59,520 bases of DNA, from the NCBI RefSeq assembly GCF_001194135.2, contig NC_068985.1, positions 34,364,733 through 34,424,252 of the forward strand, given 5' to 3'. Position numbers and translations under genes: made by a program. Shown piece after piece: positions 12,309-24,164 of this stretch (positions are counted from its first letter, which is position 1; each line of letters opens with the position of its first letter). The stretch comes from Octopus bimaculoides. Taxonomy: Eukaryota. The notes under the pieces were generated by a model that ran no database searches, was not told where the DNA came from, and worked only from the letters and a program-made list of their open reading frames with translations.

Positions 12309-13017
12309 TAAGGTGGTATCAAAAAGTTCCCTGACTAATTCTGCAACAGGTAGCAGCACATGATTGCATGTACAGCAAGAGTGACCTTCACAAAGCAGCG
12401 TGCTGAGTGACACCCCTGTGCTTACTTGGCAAGTTGTGAAATTTGTGTTTTACAGATCACGTGTATGCTGTAGTCTGCAATTTTATCATGGACAGGAACA
12501 AAGAGCCAACGTGAAATTTTGCATTAAACTTGGGAAGTCTGCCACAGACACATTGAGCATGCTTTGGCAATCTTATGGTGAAGAGGCAATGGGTTGTATG
12601 CAATGTATCATATGGCACGGGTGCTTCAAAAATGGAAGAACGTCCTTGAAAGGCAATGAATGATCTGGAAGACTTGTCATGAGTGTCACCTCTGGAAATG
12701 TGGAGAAAATTCATCAGCTTGTGCATGAGAATTGTCAGAGGACAATCAACGACATTGCCAATGTTGTTGGTCTGTTGTATGGGCCCAGCAACAATTGGAT
12801 TCTTCACAACAACAATGGACCCTTTCACTGAGCTCTCCTCACTCAGTTTCTCACCATAAACAACATGGTGTTACTTCCACACAAACCCTATGTGCCAGAT
12901 ATAGCACCTGCAAACTTCCATCTCTTCTTGGAGATAAAAATGTGGCTCAGAGGTTGCTGTTTTAACACTGTTGTCGAGATCCAGAGTGAATTGCAGAAGG
13001 TCCTTGACCCACTTAAG
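12309..13017 (+). mobile_element. Second mariner element of the same family, right end cut by an RTE insertion
   Basis: Same TIR; EQRANVKFCIKLGKSATDTLSMLWQSYGEEAM is the mariner N-terminal HTH. Confidence 0.85.
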
Positions 13018-13960
13018 GTCCTAATCATCTTTGTTCATAACTAGTTTCTTCAGGTTTTCCCTCACACAGTCTTTATACCTTTTTCTCGGTTTATGTTGTG
13101 GTTGCTTACCAGAATTGACCTCACCATAAAAAAGACGCTTTGGCAATTTCTCATCTTTCGTTTTAATATGTCCAGCCCATCTCATTTGCACTAAGATGAT
13201 ATGTTGTTCAATTGAGCTACAACGTGCCAAGCAGCAAAACTTCTGTATCTGGTATAAAACATTTCCACTTGACTCCCAAGGTATGCCTGAGGCACTTTTG
13301 ATGAAATCTCTCCAGCATTTTCATATGATGACTGTAAGTGGTCCATGTCTCACTCAGATAAGAAGTGCAGTTAATACACATGCTTTTTGTCTGCAAGGAA
13401 ACACCTCTATCTGTCCATACTCACTTTTTGAGCTTTCCAAACACAACACTTCCCTTCTTTATTCGATAGTATATCTCTGCATCAAGACCACTATCTCTTG
13501 CCAGTGTGCTTCCAAGGTAAGCATAAATGTCAATGACTTATAACATTGTCCCATCTACAAAAATGTTTGGTTCAGGATACGGTTGCCCAGCACAGGAGTA
13601 AACATTACTTTGGTTTTCTCAAGACTAATTGTGAATCTGAAATGTACACATGCTGTGGAAAATCTGTTCATTATTTGTTGCATGTTCTCCTCTGAGTGTA
13701 TCAACAAATCAGCATCATCAGCATAAAGTTATTCTCTGACAAGTGTTTTGAAAGTCTTTGGCTTGTATGTAAACCGGGTAAGATTAGAAATGTGACCAGA
13801 TATCCGATATCTGATTCTGATCGCCCTGTTGCAATCCTTGAAAGCATACCAAAGCAATGAGAAAACTAAATAAAGAAAAGTGTAGGGGCAGAAATATCTC
13901 CCTGTTTGACACTGTTGTTCACTGAAAAGTCATGAGACAGCTCACCATTAAGAACTACCT
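13018..13960 (-). mobile_element. RTE/BovB-like LINE fragment (RT to C-terminus)
   Basis: YADDA motif, VKQGDISAPTLF, QMRWAGH..KLPKRLFYGEVNSGKQPQHKPRKRYKDCV. Confidence 0.85.
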
Positions 13961-13989
13961 GAGGATGGATGAAAATCTCTTATGCTGAA

Positions 13990-15440
13990 ATCTGTAACAA
14001 TGAATATGTAACCAGAAAATGTTACACCAGAATAAAGAAAGTATGCTTCTCAGAACTTTTAGAATATAATAAATTGTGCAACAGTACTCATATCAATAGC
14101 TTAGCTATTTGATGGACACTAGATGAAATCTGGGTTATTCAGATTAAAACCTGATAATTGTTAACCTATACCAGGAAGTCCTACATCAATAATGCTGTAG
14201 AATGAAGATAAACTTGCTGAGGCTAAACATCATGACCTTGAATGTCATGTCAAGTCTGCTTATGTGATGCCAATGACATCATGAGAGTTGGAAAGGAGCT
14301 TCTCAGATATATTCCCTGACTGATGATTGGAGATATGCAATTGGAAAAGTTTCACAATCCTACTGCAATAAATCGTCAGAAGTGACACTCATTACATATT
14401 GAAAAAGTTTATGTATGGCTATATTTCCAAAGAAAAAGCAACATTTTTAACCAGAGACAGGTAGACAGGTATTGCAAGTCACAAAACTATCAAGAGGAAT
14501 TTCAGTGGACCTTTGAATTAAACCAAGATCTCTAGCAATTCTATGAAAAGGCTAGAGAAGATCCCTTGACTGGTTATATGAAAGAGATGCAGGATGACTG
14601 GGATCTAAAATACCCCAACTATTCAAACTTCAGTGCCAAACAACTATGATAATAAACACACAGGAGTGGCTGTGTGGTAAGTAGCTTGCTTACCAACCAC
14701 ATGGTTTCGGGTTCAGTCACACTGAGTGGCACCTTGGGCAATTGTCTTCTACTATAGCCTCGGGCCAACCAAAGCCTTGTGAGTGGATTTAGTAGACGGA
14801 AACTGAAAGAAGCCTGTCATATATATATCTATGTGTGTGTGTTTGTGTGTCTGTGTTTGTCCCCCCAACATCGCTTGACAACCGATGCTGCTGTGTTTAC
14901 GTCCCCGTAACTTAGCGGTTCGGCAAAAATAGACTGATAGGATAAGTACTAGGCTTACAAAGAATAAGTCCTGGGGTCCATTTGCTCGACTAAAGGCGGT
15001 GCTCCAGCATGGCCGCAGTCAAATGACTGAAACAAGTGAAAGAGTAAGAGAGTAACCTCCAGCAAGAAAAATTTTCTGCCCATCCCCATTTCAGAATCAC
15101 ACACTAAACTCTTCTGAGAGTTGCTACAAAACTACCAAACAAAAAAATTCACCTGGATGGAAAATGAGAGTTATTGGTACAGAAAGCACATGTTCTACAG
15201 GGTAGCCCTTTATAAACTGCTCAAAAGAGCAATGAACACTGAAATTGATGTGCCAGATTGGCAGACAGTAGCACATACAATACTAGTGGCTAAAAATGAG
15301 AAGCATACGGCCCAAAACTACAGGTCCATAGCATACTTAAATGTTAAGTATAAATTATATACAATTTTCTTGAATGCATTTCTTCAGGATCACTGTGAAA
15401 CAATGTGATGACTGAAGAGCAGGCAACAGGAAAGAAAGGA
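13990..15440 (+). mobile_element. Degenerate, rearranged R4/Dong-like LINE fragments interrupted by a SINE
   Basis: NDIMRVGKELL, YEKAREDPLTGYMKEMQDDWDLKYP, and PDWQTVAHTILVAKNEKHTAQNYRSIAYLNVKYKLYT (RT domain 1-2 like). Confidence 0.65.
14662..15050 (+). mobile_element. tRNA-derived SINE, full length. Other copies: 33795-33990, 34050-34260(-), 41672-41990(-), 43017-43320
   Basis: A-box-like tggctgtgtggt and B-box-like gggttcagtc, central (TG/TA)n, conserved 3' body cccgtaacttagcggttcggcaaa. Confidence 0.85.
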
Positions 15441-16116
15441 GTATTTTTTGATGAGGATCTTACTACTACTTGTACCACCACCACTACCACCTGTACCACC
15501 ACCACTACCACTTGTACCACCACCACTACCACTACTATGATCTCATAGTTTTTATTTTCCATATTCTCTTGTTCATCCTCATATATCAGCTTCTGCTTTC
15601 CAATTTTTTTTTATGGACTGGGTAGCAGGCACATTATGCTGCAGTTTAATGTCACCTGGATGACATTTGGTCCATGGGTGTCTAAGCAGAGTTTACAATG
15701 CTGCAAGCATTTTGATCAGACTTTTAGCCCAGGAATTTGTGTGATCCTTTCACACTCCATCACCCTCTATCTTTCTCTCAATACCAAAAATTAGATCCAA
15801 ATCCTTTGATCAATTCTTTCTCCACTTTCCTCTCCAACCTAGATTCTACATAACACCTCTTACACACAAACCACACAACTTATTTCTCTCTATGATGCAA
15901 ATTTTTCAACACCTGTCTACAACCCATTTCCATTTTCCAGGTTACATTCTTCTCCAGTTTCACTCCACAATAAAGTAGCTGTACACACAAGATGCATTGC
16001 AGAAAGTTTGATACTTTTCTAAGCAGAGAGAGTTATAACTATCCATGATTATTGTAAATTTAGTATATTCTTACTGTATATTTATTAAACTGACCACTCA
16101 ACTTTTGTTATTCCAG

Positions 16117-16161
16117 ATTGAAGGAGATGGCTATTACAGCACTTTGAACACACCCGACTAA
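16117..16161 (+). CDS. Terminal coding exon; IEGDGYYSTLNTPD-stop
   Basis: acttttgttattccag| acceptor, phase 0, TAA at 16159-16161, followed by about 1.4 kb of nearly TE-free sequence. Confidence 0.7.
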   Translation: MEGDGYYSTLNTPD

Positions 16162-17490
16162 ACGCTGCTTGTCACAGCTTCCCACAAAATACATCTCTTC
16201 CTTCTATCACTCTCTGGACTTTAGATTACCAGTGAAGGGGTCTATGTTCTTCAGATGAACAAAAAGAACCTAAAACCTTGTAATATAGTATATAACACCT
16301 AGAACTGAATGAAATCTTGCGAGCAACCTAAGTCAGTCTCATTGTCATCATTTCATGGAACACTTTTTACAAGCACTACAGATTTGAACTAAATATCTGA
16401 TACCACCATAACATTATTGATCTCTGTTATATGCTGAATTGCATCATTGTTTTTTGTATTCACTGCATTGACAAATTTTTGGTTGATTTTTAATTGTTAT
16501 AAATGTCTATCTATAACTAAACATTTGCATAAATGAAGTAAACCAGTTAAATTTTGGTATTTCTTTCCTCCTATATGAGTCATCATCAGGTAAAATCACT
16601 ATGGATAATTAGCAACATGGCTGTGACTGCATGATCAAAATTCGTGATGTTTGTCTTACAAAAGTTCTGTATATACTTTCTGTTATTTTACTTCACTGTG
16701 ATCTTTGTATTTTGATTTCCTTCTATCACATTTAAATATACATAAATTCAGAATTATAGTCCATGGCATTATTAAATTCAAATTTGATTTTTCTAGCCCT
16801 TTTGAATCTAGGGTCAGCTTTCTTTTAAATACTCAAATTATATATACCAGAATTAATTTTTTTCTCTTGGTGATTGTGAGGCTATATTTTTTGATATCCA
16901 CATGTAACCATTCTTTCAATACATGGAATTCTCTCAGCAACAATGCATGTTGGAAGTTTTCCAACTATGCTTACATACAGAAAGCATAAAATTAAAGATC
17001 TTATTTCATTCCTTCTTTTGGAAGTATTGAATACGCGATACCTAGTTTATTACTTTTGTTATTTTATCTCTTCTCTCTATACATTTTAAATTCTATTCTG
17101 ATCTTTAGATATGAGCTTTGCAACTATGTTATTAGCTGTAGGTCAGGCCTGATTGAGCTGACCTATGATTGGTGTTCAGTCATGATCATCCCGTTTTTTT
17201 AGAATTATGTCAAGGTGTATATTATCATTCCTTGTGAACAGTTATCACATAATTCCCATAAAAGATTATTCTAATCTTAAATAATTCCCTGAAATATTTA
17301 ATTTGTTACCAAGTCATCATTGTCATCACTGTCATTTAACATCTGCCTTTATGCTGGCATGGGTTGAACAGTTCTGTTTAACAATTTAAAAAATGTGCTA
17401 TCTTGTGCATTTTAGATAGTAATCATTTCTTCACTATTTCAGCAAGTACTGTCAAGGCTAGGCTTTGCTGATAAGGTCAGAATAAAACTA
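16162..17490 (+). other. Probable 3' UTR of the Tyr-motif gene; candidate AATAAA at 17481-17486
   Basis: Follows the stop codon, AT-rich and almost repeat-free. The poly(A) site is a guess. Confidence 0.35.
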
Positions 17491-17634
17491 AAACCTGTTC
17501 AGAGTTGATGAAAACATCAAAATATTAATCAGTGATTAATATCATGATGTTTTTCTAGTTGCTTATTTATTTCTAGTTTATTTTTAAATTATTTATGTAT
17601 TAAATATGTTGCTAATAGCTTCTTTTTGTTTAGG

Positions 17635-18693
17635 GAGACAGATCAGTCAAAATTCCCTTCTATATGTAGAAAAGTGTTGGGCGAAACTTCATATGGTGTA
17701 CCTAGTGCAAGCTTTGGATACATAAGAGGTGGATTGGTATCACAGGAAGATATAGAGAGAAAGTAGTTTTTACATGTGGAAGATGTGTAGGTACAGTAAA
17801 TACCAAAAATGTACAAAAAATAGACTCCCTCAAATGTCTGGCAGGGATCCTTAGAAGTAATAGATAATCTCTGTTACTTAGGTGACCAAGTTAGCAGTGG
17901 TGGAGGTTGTTCTGAAAGCATAACTGCTAGAATAAGAATAGGCTGGGAAAAGTTCAGAGAGTTACTACTTGTATTAGCAATGAAGGTCCTCTTACTCAGA
18001 GTTAAAGGCAGATTTTATTATGCCTGTGTATGAACAGCTATGCTGCATGGCAGTGAAACATGGGCTGTAACTGCTGAGGACATGCAAAGGCTTGAAAGAA
18101 TTGATGAATGGATAATGTCAGTGTCCATTTATGATAGAGTGTAAGTGGTTTGAGAGAAAAACAGGATATGCAGGACATCAAATGTGGTGTGTAAGACTGT
18201 GCTGGTGCAGTCTTGTAATGTATATAAGTGAGGACAATTGCATCGAAAGGTACTGTTTCCTAATTGTAGAGGGAAAATGTGGAAGTGATGAAAAAGGATC
18301 TTCAGATGTTGGGCCTTACAGAGAGTATGATAGGGGACCAAGACTTCTGGTGGTTTGCTGTGCTTGAGAAGACAAATCAAGTTATGTAAAACCACGGTTG
18401 TTCTTGCATATAGGCATGTCCCCAACATCCCTCTTCAGCTGAATATTCCTAATCTTGCAGGCTTGTGGGTGCTAGTACCACATAAAAAGTACCCGTGCCA
18501 TTTCCATGTTAAAGCACATGTGCTGGTGCCGCATAAAAGCATCCACTAGACTCTTTAAAGTAGTTGGCATTATGAAGGGCATCCAGTCGTAGAAACCATA
18601 CCAAAAAAGACATGGTGCCTGGGCAGCTGTCCAGCTCCTGGCAAACCATCCAATCCATGCTAGCGTGGAAAACAGACTTTAAATGATGATGAA
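17635..18693 (+). mobile_element. RTE LINE 3' portion (degenerate) with 3' UTR
   Basis: KGRFYYACV*TAMLHGSETWAVTAEDMQRLER.., same family as 56317-56870. Confidence 0.8.
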
Positions 18694-19117
18694 ACTATCT
18701 AACAGAATTTGCTTTGAATTAGCTTCATATCCCAGACAGAAATTTGTTTCTTTTCTTTTTTAATATTACATAAGAATGTAAATACTGACTTTTCAAGAAG
18801 GGTTGTTAATCTCTTTTCATCTTAATTTGATCAATTCCTCTTCTGTTTGTATTTTGTGTGATTGCATGTGCATGTGTGTAAAACAGGTTTAAAATAGGAT
18901 ATAAATTGAAAATTCTAAATGTGTTTTTTTCATAGGATATATAACTTTTCTGTATGAGTTTTCTGTTCACATTATATTTTACATTGTATTGTTTTCTTTT
19001 CTAGAAAATAAGTTTTTTCTTCATTTTCACATCCATTTTTTTCATACAGAGTTATGGGCCTTACTTGTGGATGTGGGAAAGGAATGAGGTGGGAGGAAAT
19101 AACTGGATGATTATATT

Positions 19118-19372
19118 TACATTATTTACATTTGACGGATAATTATCCTCATCTTGTTTGTTGTTAACACAACATTTCAGCTGATATACCCTCCAGCCTT
19201 CATCAGGTATCTTGGGGAAATTTCAAACCTGGATTCTCATTCCCCAAGACACCTGATGAAGGCTGGAGGCTATATCAGCTGAAACATTGTGTTAACAACA
19301 AACAAGATGAGGATAATTATCTGTCAAATGTAAATAATGTACATAATTCCTCATCTCTTAAATATAGAACTG
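19118..19372. mobile_element. Palindromic Penelope-like pLTR-type element; 101-bp inverted arms each with a hammerhead core
   Basis: Arms 19118-19218 and 19241-19341 are reverse complements; CTGATGA..GAAA is present in both orientations. Confidence 0.75.
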
Positions 19373-20039
19373 ATTATATTTAGTTGAAGGATTTCCCTCT
19401 TCATAGGCACCACTCCCCTTGCTCCTCTGATTCAGTTATAAAAGCACACATTTTTCATACCAACATATTCCATTGTGTTGACATTGTAATCGATCTGATA
19501 CTATTATTGTTATTGACAGCGAGATGCAAAGCTGGCAGAAATTTTAGCATGCCAGACATAATAGTTAGCAGGATTTCTTCTAGTTTCATGTCCTGAGTTC
19601 AAGTTCTGCTGAGATTGGATTTGTCTTCCATCCATTTGAGATTGATAAAATAAATACTAGTTGAGCATTGGGGTTGATGTAATTGGCAAGCTCCCTCCCA
19701 TCAAAATTATTGGCCTTGTGCCAAAATTAGAAAGAATTATAGTTAAATATCACATACTTACAAACACCAAGAATTGTCTTAATTCAAAAAGTCATGTCAC
19801 TTTGTTAACGACCAGTTTGAACTTTTGTGAAGAAGAATGTAAATAAATCTTAAAGAAAACACAAACAATATTTTTAGCTGGAAGCAAATTATCCAAAATT
19901 GCTAGTTATATGCAAAAGGTAACTGTATCTTCAGTCAACCTTAAAAATTCCTACCAATAAAAACGGTTGACAGAATATGGTCACTCATTTGGTTCACAGG
20001 AATCTTACATTTGTATAATGTCTATATAGATCGTAGCAA

Positions 20040-20410
20040 GGGTGGCAAGCTGCCAGAATCACTAGCACGTTGGACAATATACTTAGCGGTTTTTATAACA
20101 ACTTTAAGCCTTGAATTAAAATGCCACTAAGGCCATCCATTCTTTTAGAATCATGTCTAAGAATATATTATCCATTATTAAGGTTGTCATTGTTTGCGAA
20201 TAGTCATCATATTGTTCCTGCAAAAGTACTTGAATGTTCTTATTTTAAATAATTCCCTTACTATTCATCTATTCGGGGGTCGACAAAATAAAATATCAGT
20301 CAAATATTGAGCTCGATGTAATCAATTAGCTTACTACCCTAAAAATTACCGGCTGAGTTCAGATTGGGAATCAATATAGCCCAAGGGCGATCACTCCAGC
20401 AAATTGAAAA
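20040..20410 (+). mobile_element. Third SINE-like family (degenerate copies at 19545-19742 and 9140-9270)
   Basis: ggcaagctgccagaatcactagcacg..cttagcgg head and ttcggggtcgacaaaataa body recur. Confidence 0.6.
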
Positions 20411-22129
20411 TTTAAACAGATAAAAATAACTATCCAAGGGAGGTAATTCGAGGAAATTGCATTCCAATATTTATACTTGTGTGAACGTGCCGCGCTCGCG
20501 CACACACATTTCAATTACAATAATAGAGGATAAAACTTAAAAAAAAAATTTAATCAGTGGCTAGCATATAAAATGAGCATGCTAATAGAAATAAATGAAA
20601 TATCTCTATATATATATACTCACAGGAGTGTTTGTGACTTCTTTGAGTAGTGAAACGATTTAGCAGCTATTTCGCAGCATGAAAAAAAAAGCATCAACCA
20701 TGAAAAAAAGAATTCATGAGGTATGCTGTTATAACACTAGAATGAATAAAAAACTATATATATATATATAGTGGATTTTCATCGATGAGTTCTTGAAACT
20801 TGGTTATTTTTCCTAAAACTATATATTTTATATATACATATATATATATTACTAAAAGTTAGGGTTGAAAATCGATTTTTACAGCTATACGCGGGTCCCT
20901 TTGAGAGAAACAGTTGACAAAAATGCAGATAGGGTCACGACGAATGTCCTCCTAAAATTGGAGCGACATGCATGCTAATTTGTGGACGTGCATAAATTAC
21001 ATTCACGTACACACACACGCACGATCCTGTCTTTTATATATACAGATATGTATGTTCCCAATTTATATTGCNNNNNNNNNNNNNNNNNNNNNNNNNNNNN
21101 NNNNNNNNNNNNNNNNNNNNNNNNNNNNNNNNNNNNNNNNNNNNNNNNNNNNNNNNNNNNNNNNNNNNNNNNNNNNNNNNNNNNNNNNNNNNNNNNNNNN
21201 NNNNNNNNNNNNNNNNNNNNNNNNNNNNNNNNNNNNNNNNNNNNNNNNNNNNNNNNNNNNNNNNNNNNNNNNNNNNNNNNNNNNNNNNNNNNNNNNNNNN
21301 NNNNNNNNNNNNNNNNNNNNNNNNNNNNNNNNNNNNNNNNNNNNNNNNNNNNNNNNNNNNNNNNNNNNNNNNNNNNNNNNNNNNNNNNNNNNNNNNNNNN
21401 NNNNNNNNNNNNNNNNNNNNNNNNNNNNNNNNNNNNNNNNNNNNNNNNNNNNNNNNNNNNNNNNNNNNNNNNNNNNNNNNNNNNNNNNNNNNNNNNNNNN
21501 NNNNNNNNNNNNNNNNNNNNNNNNNNNNNNNNNNNNNNNNNNNNNNNNNNNNNNNNNNNNNNNNNNNNNNNNNNNNNNNNNNNNNNNNNNNNNNNNNNNN
21601 NNNNNNNNNNNNNNNNNNNNNNNNNNNNNNNNNNNNNNNNNNNNNNNNNNNNNNNNNNNNNNNNNNNNNNNNNNNNNNNNNNNNNNNNNNNNNNNNNNNN
21701 NNNNNNNNNNNNNNNNNNNNNNNNNNNNNNNNNNNNNNNNNNNNNNNNNNNNNNNNNNNNNNNNNNNNNNNNNNNNNNNNNNNNNNNNNNNNNNNNNNNN
21801 NNNNNNNNNNNNNNNNNNNNNNNNNNNNNNNNNNNNNNNNNNNNNNNNNNNNNNNNNNNNNNNNNNNNNNNNNNNNNNNNNNNNNNNNNNNNNNNNNNNN
21901 NNNNNNNNNNNNNNNNNNNNNNNNNNNNNNNNNNNNNNNNNNNNNNNNNNNNNNNNNNNNNNNNNNNNNNNNNNNNNNNNNNNNNNNNNNNNNNNNNNNN
22001 NNNNNNNNTATATATATTAATAATAATAAAGGAGTTACAACGCAAAAACGTATAAATTCAAAAGAACATATTTATCTTCTTCAATATATATTTCAGTATA
22101 AAGAATTCATTAAGATGCTTAAATCAAAA

Positions 22130-22830
22130 TTGTGCGTATGTATGTGTACGTATGTGTGTGTATGCGTGTGTATGTGCGTCTGTATGTAGGGTTGTGTCTG
22201 GAGTTTATGCGCGTTTTCTGTGTGTGCGTACGCGTGCCTTCATGCGTGTGTGTACATACCCATGTGTGTAATTGTGTGCGTGTCTGTATGAGTGTGTGTT
22301 GTGTGTGGGAGGTATGTGTGCGTACATGTGCGCGTGTGTGTATGTGCGTATGTGTGTGCATGTATGTGTATGTGTGTGCGTGTGTGTGTATATAGGTATG
22401 TGTGTCTGTGTGTTCGTGGGGTTGTGTGGGTTAGGTATGTGTGCGTTCCTGTGCGTGTGTATGTGTGCACATGCGCGCGCGTGTATGTGTGTGTGGTGTG
22501 TGGGATGTATATATGCATTGATGTGTGTGAGCGTGCATGTATGTGGGCGTGTGTGTGTATGTATGTGTGTGTATGAGCGTGTGCATTGAGTGTTAGTATG
22601 GGGTTGTGTTATGTGGAGGTATATGTGCGTTACTGTGTGTATGCGCGAGTGTGCGCGTGTATGTACCTGTGTGTATGTGTGTGTATGTATGTGTGTGGTG
22701 TGTGTGTGTTGTCTGTATGTGTGTGGGAGGTACATGTGCGTTCATGGTGTGTGCGCGGGTGCGTGTATTTTTCGTGTGTGTGTATATGTACATGTGTGTG
22801 TATATATGTGCGTGTATATAGTATTGTGTG
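22130..22830. repeat. Degenerate (TG/TATG/CG) microsatellite tract
   Basis: Low-complexity dinucleotide sequence; source of many spurious C/V or H/T ORFs. Confidence 0.95.
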
Positions 22831-23542
22831 ATGGAGGAAAAAGACAAGAAGCAAAACGACAGAATGAAACGTTGGACCTTACCTTGTCGACCGNNNNNNN
22901 NNNNNNNNNNNNNNNNNNNNNNNNNNNNNNNNNNNNNNNNNNNNNNNNNNNNNNNNNNNNNNNNNNNNNNNNNNNNNNNNNNNNNNNNNNNNNNNNNNNN
23001 NNNNNNNNNNNNNNNNNNNNNNNNNNNNNNNNNNNNNNNNNNNNNNNNNNNNNNNNNNNNNNNNNNNNNNNNNNNNNNNNNNNNNNNNNNNNNNNNNNNN
23101 NNNNNNNNNNNNNNNNNNNNNNNNNNNNNNNNNNNNNNNNNNNNNNNNNNNNNNNNNNNNNNNNNNNNNNNNNNNNNNNNNNNNNNNNNNNNNNNNNNNN
23201 NNNNNNNNNNNNNNNNNNNNNNNNNNNNNNNNNNNNNNNNNNNNNNNNNNNNNNNNNNNNNNNNNNNNNNNNNNNNNNNNNNNNNNNNNNNNNNNNNNNN
23301 NNNNNNNNNNNNNNNNNNNNNNNNNNNNNNNNNNNNNNNNNNNNNNNNNNNNNNNNNNNNNNNNNNNNNNNNNNNNNNNNNNNNNNNNNNNNNNNNNNNN
23401 NNNNNNNNNNNNNNNNNNNNNNNNNNNNNNNNNNNNNNNNNNNNNNNNNNNNNNNNNNNNNNNNNNNNNNNNNNNNNNNNNNNNNNNNNNNNNNNNNNNN
23501 NNNNNNNNNNNNNNNNNNNNNNNNNNNNNNNNNNNNNNNNNN

Positions 23543-24064
23543 TACCTTAATTGGTTTCATAATCAGCCAACCAGGGAGGAGGGTGCCGCTCCCTCTGTGG
23601 TCGCTGTGCGACCCCGGGACTGGCCTGAGATCCTGGCGCGCTGCCTTCATCATCTTGCCTACTGCTGGTGTCTTCATCATCTTGCCCACTTCTGCTGGTT
23701 CCATCCTCTGAAGCACTGACAATCTTCCGCACATCCAAAACGTGGCGTGGCATACCATCGACCGAGACGTTGTTCTTTGAATTGATGGAGTTTATAGTTC
23801 CTTTCCCCCATTGTGATGTGCACCGTGCATTTGGGGGTTTTACCCAAACTTCTTCCCCGATCTGCACGAAGGTGTGCTCTTCTTTTTCCCCGAGTCGCAT
23901 TGATGCAATACACGGATGCCTCCACTCGTACCTGAATATTGCCCTGTGTGGCACCGACTCCTCAGCCTGTCCTGACCTGGGCGACATATTGTACCAAAAA
24001 ACGGCCTCGATTGACGAAATGTGGCCCCTCTCTGCCATGGTCTTGATGGTACAATGATGCCTTT
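23543..24064 (-). mobile_element. Gypsy LTR retrotransposon, integrase C-terminal fragment between two gaps
   Basis: Open frame ..SVPHRAIFRYEWRHP..QIGEEVWVKPPNARCTSQWGKGTINSINSKNNVSVDGMPRHVLDVRK..RERHPPPWLADYETN-stop; GC-rich, looks young. Confidence 0.8.
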
Positions 24065-24164
24065 NNNNNNNNNNNNNNNNNNNNNNNNNNNNNNNNNNNN
24101 NNNNNNNNNNNNNNNNNNNNNNNNNNNNNNNNNNNNNNNNNNNNNNNNNNNNNNNNNNNNNNNN

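Noticed and set aside
16550-16595. Minus-strand CTGATGA...GAAA in the 3' UTR (also 47983, 4528, 28319)
   Set aside because: No compatible stem I, stem III and NUH triplet, so these are chance cores.
19048-19110. Candidate exon after tttttcatacag
   Set aside because: No convincing donor or partner exon, and it lies beyond the gene's stop codon.
20440-20960. CpG-containing stretch as a promoter of a downstream gene
   Set aside because: No linked exon is visible and it abuts a gap, so a TE origin is equally likely.
20968-23758. Long ORFs of 240-370 aa in the track (also 5869-6265, 54748-55516, 58406-58931)
   Set aside because: They are mostly X from assembly gaps or translated microsatellites.
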